This document shows, piece after piece, positions 59,701-64,000 of a stretch of 64,000 nucleotides of DNA. The stretch lies in NCBI GenBank assembly GCA_050633245.1, contig JBOEGD010000002.1:55006-119005 (forward strand), in the 5' to 3' direction. Position numbers and translations under genes: made by a program. The notes beneath the pieces are model-generated. The model made no database searches, was not told where the DNA came from, and was given only the letters and a program-made list of their open reading frames with translations. Position 1 is the first letter of the stretch, and every line of letters starts with the position of its first letter. This DNA comes from Calditrichia bacterium. Lineage in GTDB: Bacteria; Calditrichota; Calditrichia; RBG-13-44-9; J075.

Positions 59701-62700
59701 GGCACACCGGTATTTGCATCCGGGGCAGCTTTTACGAGCGTAAATTCAATCTGTCCGGAGGATGTTGTTGCGGTATCCGGTGCCTGAACGCGAAGCGTGT
59801 CCGCGCCGTCAGTGGCAATCATCAATGTGGTTTCAGTTTGCATATCCGAGAATTTATAGCCGGATGGAAGTGCCACGGTTACGAGATTAGTAGAATCAAT
59901 TACGGTTCCAGCCTGCCCAGAGTCCGGAATTTCAATTTTTATATCGAAGAACTGCTCAGTGCTCACCACACCATCCAGCGCCCCACCCGGTTCCAGTATT
60001 GAGCCAACAACAGACAGTTCCGCTCGGCGAACAGTTTGGACAGGAATAAGAAGATTATCAATAATAATCGAGTCAGAACTTGCAATACGTTTACCTGTGA
60101 ACTTAAGCTGAATATTTTGCACCGGAGTAGCTATATCCGGAGCAATAACACTCCATTCGATTGAGCCATTGCTGAATGGTAGCGGCGTCTCGAGTGTGTC
60201 ATTTCCGCCATTGTATCCATCTGGGACAATAATTTGCGACTTAATGGTATTTGTGTCCACTACGGTCGGATTAAACAGATAGTCTGCCTTTACCAGAAAC
60301 TCCTGGCTGGTAGAGACCACACCGTCCCTCGCACCGGCAGGCTCGGAAATTCGTTCATTCGAAATAGCAGCAACCTGATTGATAACGGTAATGACAGCGG
60401 TATCAAGTGGTGAAGACTTAAACGCGATCGCCGAGGTATTTGCATCGACAACCGTATCAGCTGCAATTGATGCGATCAGCGTATCATTCGTCGATTCAAA
60501 AAGTCCATCGAAGGTCAGCAGTACTTCCCCTCGCGTTCCGTCTTCCTGATCCAACTGAACAGCGAGGGTGTCGCTCGTCATCGGGCTCAAGCGAATACCG
60601 TTCAGTCCGGAAGTATCTAATATTACTGTGACCAAATTTGGAACAATACCTGCGGTACCAATATTTTGCACAACTGCCCTGGCGGTAAAGTTACTGGTAT
60701 CAACCAGGCTCGGTGCAAGAAGCTCGAGAGTAAGATCTGCGCGATCTTCAATTAACATCGGCTGAGTGAGCGTCCGTGTATTCAATACTGCAGGCTCTCC
60801 GGAACTTGCATCACGGGATGTGTCAATAACCACAGCCTCTAGCCCACCAAACCGGGGTTCACTTCCAGCCCATATACTGACGTCAACCGTTGTGTCCGGG
60901 AACAGCACAATATTTTCAGTGGAATCGGTTAGCTGTTCATTAAAATAGAAACCGCGATTTGAGAAATCGAGTCGCAGCTCAGTCGAATCATTCGGCACCA
61001 GAGCCCCGGTTCCGGGAACGCGATCGACCGTAAGTGACCAGGTGAACTCCTGAAAGGTTGAAACCGTTGCATCAAGTGCACCGTCGGGCGCAGTAATAAT
61101 ACCACTAAAAGTCAGTCCGGCTTTTGTCGTGACGTTTACCATGTCGCCAACTGTTGTGTCGGCATAGGTAGCGCTCTGCAATGGCTTACGCGTATCGGAA
61201 AAACGACCGGTTACATAAGCCGTTATGTCTCCAAGAGGCACGCTGTTTAAAACCGTAAAATCACGCGTTAGCGTAGCGGTTGCTCCCGGAGAGATCACAA
61301 CAGGAAAATTCGGACTAATTCCCGTTGGCTGCCACGAGAACGTAATATCAACATTATCAGAATCTGAAAAGACGCCGGTCAGTTCACTAATTGATGCTGG
61401 AGAGCCGCCATCGTTGCGAAGGGTATATTCAATTTGAACTCCCGTCTGTCCGCGATTAATATCATTCGGAATAATATTTATTCCTGCAACGGTAATTTCA
61501 GCATCGGGTAGAACTGTGAGTTCGGTTGCAGCAGTGGTATCAAATCCCTCAAAGGCATCACCATTTGGCAAGGTGCCGCGTATCGAATAGTTTACCGGGT
61601 AGATTCCGGAAGCAAATCCGGTATCAAGCGCTACGCTGGTAAAGTTAATGATACTGGTGTCGGGAATAATGTCCTGCGTTCCTCGAATGGTAAAGTTACC
61701 ATCAACCAGTGCCTGGTAAGCGTTACCGCCATCGGTGAATGACAGTGTTGACGTAGACGGATCGACCAGCAACGTTGTGTTACCACTATTACTAAAGCGC
61801 GCACTAAAAGAGACGACTTCTCCATTTACAACAGAGTCAGGAGAAATGGAGCCGCCTACATAAGCAATGTCAATTCCGCTGACAATTGTGAACGAAGTTC
61901 CCGGGTCGGTATAGTTAATCTGCTCGGCACCACCGTTCAGCACAAAGTCTGCCGATGCGATTATTGCACCGGGCGAGACCAGTGGCAGATCAAATTCCCA
62001 GCGAAAGGTCGCCGTTCCCTGCGGAATTTCTGTGACAGTATCCACACGAGTAATCGGAATGAGCAATGCGCCCCCACCGGCATAGGCAAGAGTCAAGTCC
62101 ACCGACTCGACGGTTGCAGGTAGTGAATTATTCTGAACCAGCAGGGCAATGGAAATAGAGGTGTCACCGGGTGAAACTTCGTTTGGAATTACAGTCAGTT
62201 GGCTGACAAAAAGATCGCCACCAACGCTGATATTTTGTGAGGAATTGACTTCCTGAGAAAAGGCTGCGCCAAAGGTCGTTCCATTTACATCAATAAAGAG
62301 GCGGAAGGTTCCCGGAATCGTCAGCACGATATCCTGCGACTCAATACGCACCGTTTCACCCGGGTTAAGCGTCGTATCCGATGTAACAAGATCAATAGGA
62401 ATACCGATGTTTACCGTAGCGTCATCGGTTTGCTGAAGGCGAAGTTGTGTATTGCCGTCCAGCTCCAGTCGCGAACCACCATTGTTAACCAGATCTACCA
62501 CAACACGAGCCGTTGCGCCGGTATTGTAAAATTGGTCAGACAGCAGCGTATCGAACGCCACATCGGAGGGTTCCGAAACGGTAAGCGTTTCAAGGTTATC
62601 TTGAATAGTTTCCAGAGCAGCGCCAGTATTGACATCGCTCCCCTGCAAACGTGCCCCTAAAAAGATTGTAGAGTCAGGTCCGTTCAACACAATATTGTCG

Positions 62701-63998
62701 GGAACATCCACAAAGTAGAGAAGATCCTGCGTTGCCCCTTGAGCAAGCGTAAAGGGAAAACCGGTGGTTTGCAGCGACGTTGGGAAGTTGTTGTTTCCCT
62801 GTCGCAAGGTTGAACCAGTCAGCAAGGCTGTTCCCTGACCGGTATTCGTCGCGCGAACGGTTACTGCAACATCAGTACGGCCCAAGGCTGCGCTATCCGG
62901 TACGGATACAATACTCTGCACCGAGAGATTAGCACGCTGAACAATCGTAAAGTTTCCTGGCGTAACGGAAGCACCGTTAACAGCAGTTGAGCTGGTCAGA
63001 TCGAGACCGCTGGCCGTGGCTGAGGCCTGAACCGGTCCAAAGTAGCTGGATGGATTGGCAATATCCAGCGTAAATTCTACGGCAACGGTCTCTCCACCCG
63101 GTAACTGCACAGGCAAGGAAGGAATTACCAATACATCGGTAATATTTGCACCGCCCACATCGTAACTTAAGCTCAACCCGTTAACGCTAACCGGAGACTG
63201 ACCACTATTCGTGAGTGTCGTTTGCAGCGACACACCGGTCTGTCCTTCTCCGACGGATGAAGGTGAAACAGTGATAGCTCCAAAGGCAAAAGCCGATGGC
63301 GTAAGGATATTCAGAGTATCGGGTACTACGGCACCGCTATCTGATAAGGCTTGTCCACTGGTTTGGTCGGTCGCGGTGTACCCGGCGTCTATTCCAACCG
63401 TGCCTGGCGTCATACCTGCATCAACATTCAACGTAAAATTATAGAGTGCTGTCGCTCCGGCAGCGATCGTTCCCAAAGGCGTATTTCGAATAAACGTGAT
63501 TCCCGTTCGTTCGGGTACCAGGTTCAGCGTATTTACCTGAACCGTACTCTGAGACAGATTCTTTAATTGCACATTGGCGCCGATACCATTTTGTCCCTGA
63601 GTTGCATTTTCCGGAGTGATTTGCACAAACTGGATTTGTAGCAACGTTGGGTCCGCACCAGTAATAATTCTAAGAGTATCCAATCCATCATAAGTAACGC
63701 TATAGGAATCGCCTGAAATTTCATCTGTAAACTGAGTTGTCACATCGATCGGGTCATTTCCAATGCTACTATTCGGATCGATATCAATGTTAAAAACGAA
63801 CTCTTCAATCTCGCCTTCATCCAAAGTTTGCGGAATAGTCGGCGCAGTTAAGGTTGCAGTGTGTCCGTTATTAAATGCAAGTGAAATATCTCCAGCATTA
63901 ATTAGGGCCGAACCCTGTCCATCATTTCGCAAGCTAAAGCGATAGTCTACATTTTGCAATCCGGGAGTAACAGTTTGCGGAGTAAGCACATTACTGGC
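56715..63998 (-). CDS. Giant (>2400 aa, 5'-truncated by the window) repetitive Ig-like surface protein with T9SS/FlgD-type C-terminal sorting domain
   Basis: Frame is open to the window edge. Many beta-sandwich repeats. CTD FRNYPNPF...IYTLVGRLV...WDGMNGQGKRVTNGVY...TKVVYIK. Confidence 0.85.
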   Translation of the reverse strand, partial: ASNVLTPQTVTPGLQNVDYRFSLRNDGQGSALINAGDISLAFNNGHTATLTAPTIPQTLDEGEIEEFVFNIDIDPNSSIGNDPIDVTTQFTDEISGDSYSVTYDGLDTLRIITGADPTLLQIQFVQITPENATQGQNGIGANVQLKNLSQSTVQVNTLNLVPERTGITFIRNTPLGTIAAGATALYNFTLNVDAGMTPGTVGIDAGYTATDQTSGQALSDSGAVVPDTLNILTPSAFAFGAITVSPSSVGEGQTGVSLQTTLTNSGQSPVSVNGLSLSYDVGGANITDVLVIPSLPVQLPGGETVAVEFTLDIANPSSYFGPVQASATASGLDLTSSTAVNGASVTPGNFTIVQRANLSVQSIVSVPDSAALGRTDVAVTVRATNTGQGTALLTGSTLRQGNNNFPTSLQTTGFPFTLAQGATQDLLYFVDVPDNIVLNGPDSTIFLGARLQGSDVNTGAALETIQDNLETLTVSEPSDVAFDTLLSDQFYNTGATARVVVDLVNNGGSRLELDGNTQLRLQQTDDATVNIGIPIDLVTSDTTLNPGETVRIESQDIVLTIPGTFRLFIDVNGTTFGAAFSQEVNSSQNISVGGDLFVSQLTVIPNEVSPGDTSISIALLVQNNSLPATVESVDLTLAYAGGGALLIPITRVDTVTEIPQGTATFRWEFDLPLVSPGAIIASADFVLNGGAEQINYTDPGTSFTIVSGIDIAYVGGSISPDSVVNGEVVSFSARFSNSGNTTLLVDPSTSTLSFTDGGNAYQALVDGNFTIRGTQDIIPDTSIINFTSVALDTGFASGIYPVNYSIRGTLPNGDAFEGFDTTAATELTVLPDAEITVAGINIIPNDINRGQTGVQIEYTLRNDGGSPASISELTGVFSDSDNVDITFSWQPTGISPNFPVVISPGATATLTRDFTVLNSVPLGDITAYVTGRFSDTRKPLQSATYADTTVGDMVNVTTKAGLTFSGIITAPDGALDATVSTFQEFTWSLTVDRVPGTGALVPNDSTELRLDFSNRGFYFNEQLTDSTENIVLFPDTTVDVSIWAGSEPRFGGLEAVVIDTSRDASSGEPAVLNTRTLTQPMLIEDRADLTLELLAPSLVDTSNFTARAVVQNIGTAGIVPNLVTVILDTSGLNGIRLSPMTSDTLAVQLDQEDGTRGEVLLTFDGLFESTNDTLIASIAADTVVDANTSAIAFKSSPLDTAVITVINQVAAISNERISEPAGARDGVVSTSQEFLVKADYLFNPTVVDTNTIKSQIIVPDGYNGGNDTLETPLPFSNGSIEWSVIAPDIATPVQNIQLKFTGKRIASSDSIIIDNLLIPVQTVRRAELSVVGSILEPGGALDGVVSTEQFFDIKIEIPDSGQAGTVIDSTNLVTVALPSGYKFSDMQTETTLMIATDGADTLRVQAPDTATTSSGQIEFTLVKAAPDANTGVPAEVIDQTDRVGVVTVERAALTLSFDTNTQFSQNQTNIPVSVILNNTGTAITTPDSVLVRFAVDTLMTIVGGTLPEEREITEYIKLTNNVGQATFTLNALADTGDVNFTTTIIDSDVQDQNNNFPDTLAFFETPEVILPVVVGSGASVQVALAEIIEPAGAVDNTLSTGQRFVLRVEGAYTGNIAQEDLIAELLLPAGAGFLADTLVKTFKPDTTVFWEVFAPQVLQKDVSKTDAMPNTEEEEEAVKDGESSDKKAAPFTLKIAMRGEDGNNPGSVVVDELDFVLELVERANLVLESEIVSGVSNNTVSFGQEFVYQSVVRNNGEAEIGNTPQGQIRLELGDSLQVVQGDVQQPFAIGDSLTWTIRAAVSTQAAKVKDDIRIKSELHADVIRRLQSSQQVNEGGGSASDLLEKQQLEADIDDLYTQLSKFATQSFVRAIIDPVPFDVNTDAAAFVSVGKDSIGINIDEMPEISVLSVVAPQTVSTDQSFNVDVTIEAPGNVINRQATLFLPEGYQYATPGDSIRDFSGATTRWPIMAPENLPSGSESGTLKVLVTGIDRNNSSIIVKDSLTASVTTERRALIDLRSTTGQNLLRITQQQEFVINAVIKNLGVADVNGNGAVQLRVNSPEFQLTNGSTAVQNFTIDNAIDSAIVTWQLVAPADTNINTEIGIGFLGLPTDNNTSGTVDVQNDSLTFFINMIAGQVFVEKFSVERENNFFQGEPDVPAFGLEFTNPNRNETTQIRNFTLSLRDGANNEPILDPETLISRVRVVSEDFYLNSLAGKTPVQDVFGELQITSATANPFVVEFNPSAEVIDNLPTRLVVLMDLASGAPSRKFAMRLDDVRAEQEVGTFASSVEVIDKILDAPLNRLSLEFQSSFITVIDEERESLFRNYPNPFGQSTNFATGAADQGRTRFNFWMESAGTAELRIYTLVGRLVIALDEVTLPRGMSDGDLSWDGMNGQGKRVTNGVYAAVLRLRLDGGQTKELKTKVVYIK

Positions 63999-64000
63999 GT

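Overview
64 kb chromosomal window from a Gram-negative bacterium with LPS genes and T9SS-like export. Gene content and protein style suggest the FCB-adjacent Calditrichota/KSB1-type lineages; this is inference and not tested. Most of the window is housekeeping or metabolic: eno-ftsB, iscA, uvrC, split lysine LKR/SDH genes, an auxiliary fatty-acyl-CoA cluster, ahcY, a gatC-kdsB-pyrG-kdsA-kdsC-kdsD-lptC-lptA-lptB run, a patatin-POTRA-Omp85 gene and DUF4175/DUF4159. Two loci stand out. (1) A three-gene innate-immunity-like island at 21.1-26.0 kb: EAD8-CHAT(caspase-like)-TIR, EAD8-NACHT-DUF1566 and TIR-coiled coil-DUF1566. Both DUF1566 genes end in a DGR-like variable region followed by the same conserved non-coding tail and hairpin, although no reverse transcriptase or template repeat is in the window. 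(2) A partner-switching pair at 51-54.6 kb: a membrane RsbW-kinase/HAMP/PP2C fusion and a STAS protein, both carrying an IS481-transposase-like HTH tail, downstream of a PorV-TPR gene and a giant T9SS-type cargo gene that is cut off at the window edge. Also seen: two sigma54-type promoters (one driving two paralogous microproteins, one a candidate sRNA), other candidate structured RNAs, REP-like palindromes and short tandem repeats. No rRNA, tRNA, CRISPR array or intact transposase was recognised. All family assignments are from motif recognition by eye; no searches were run.
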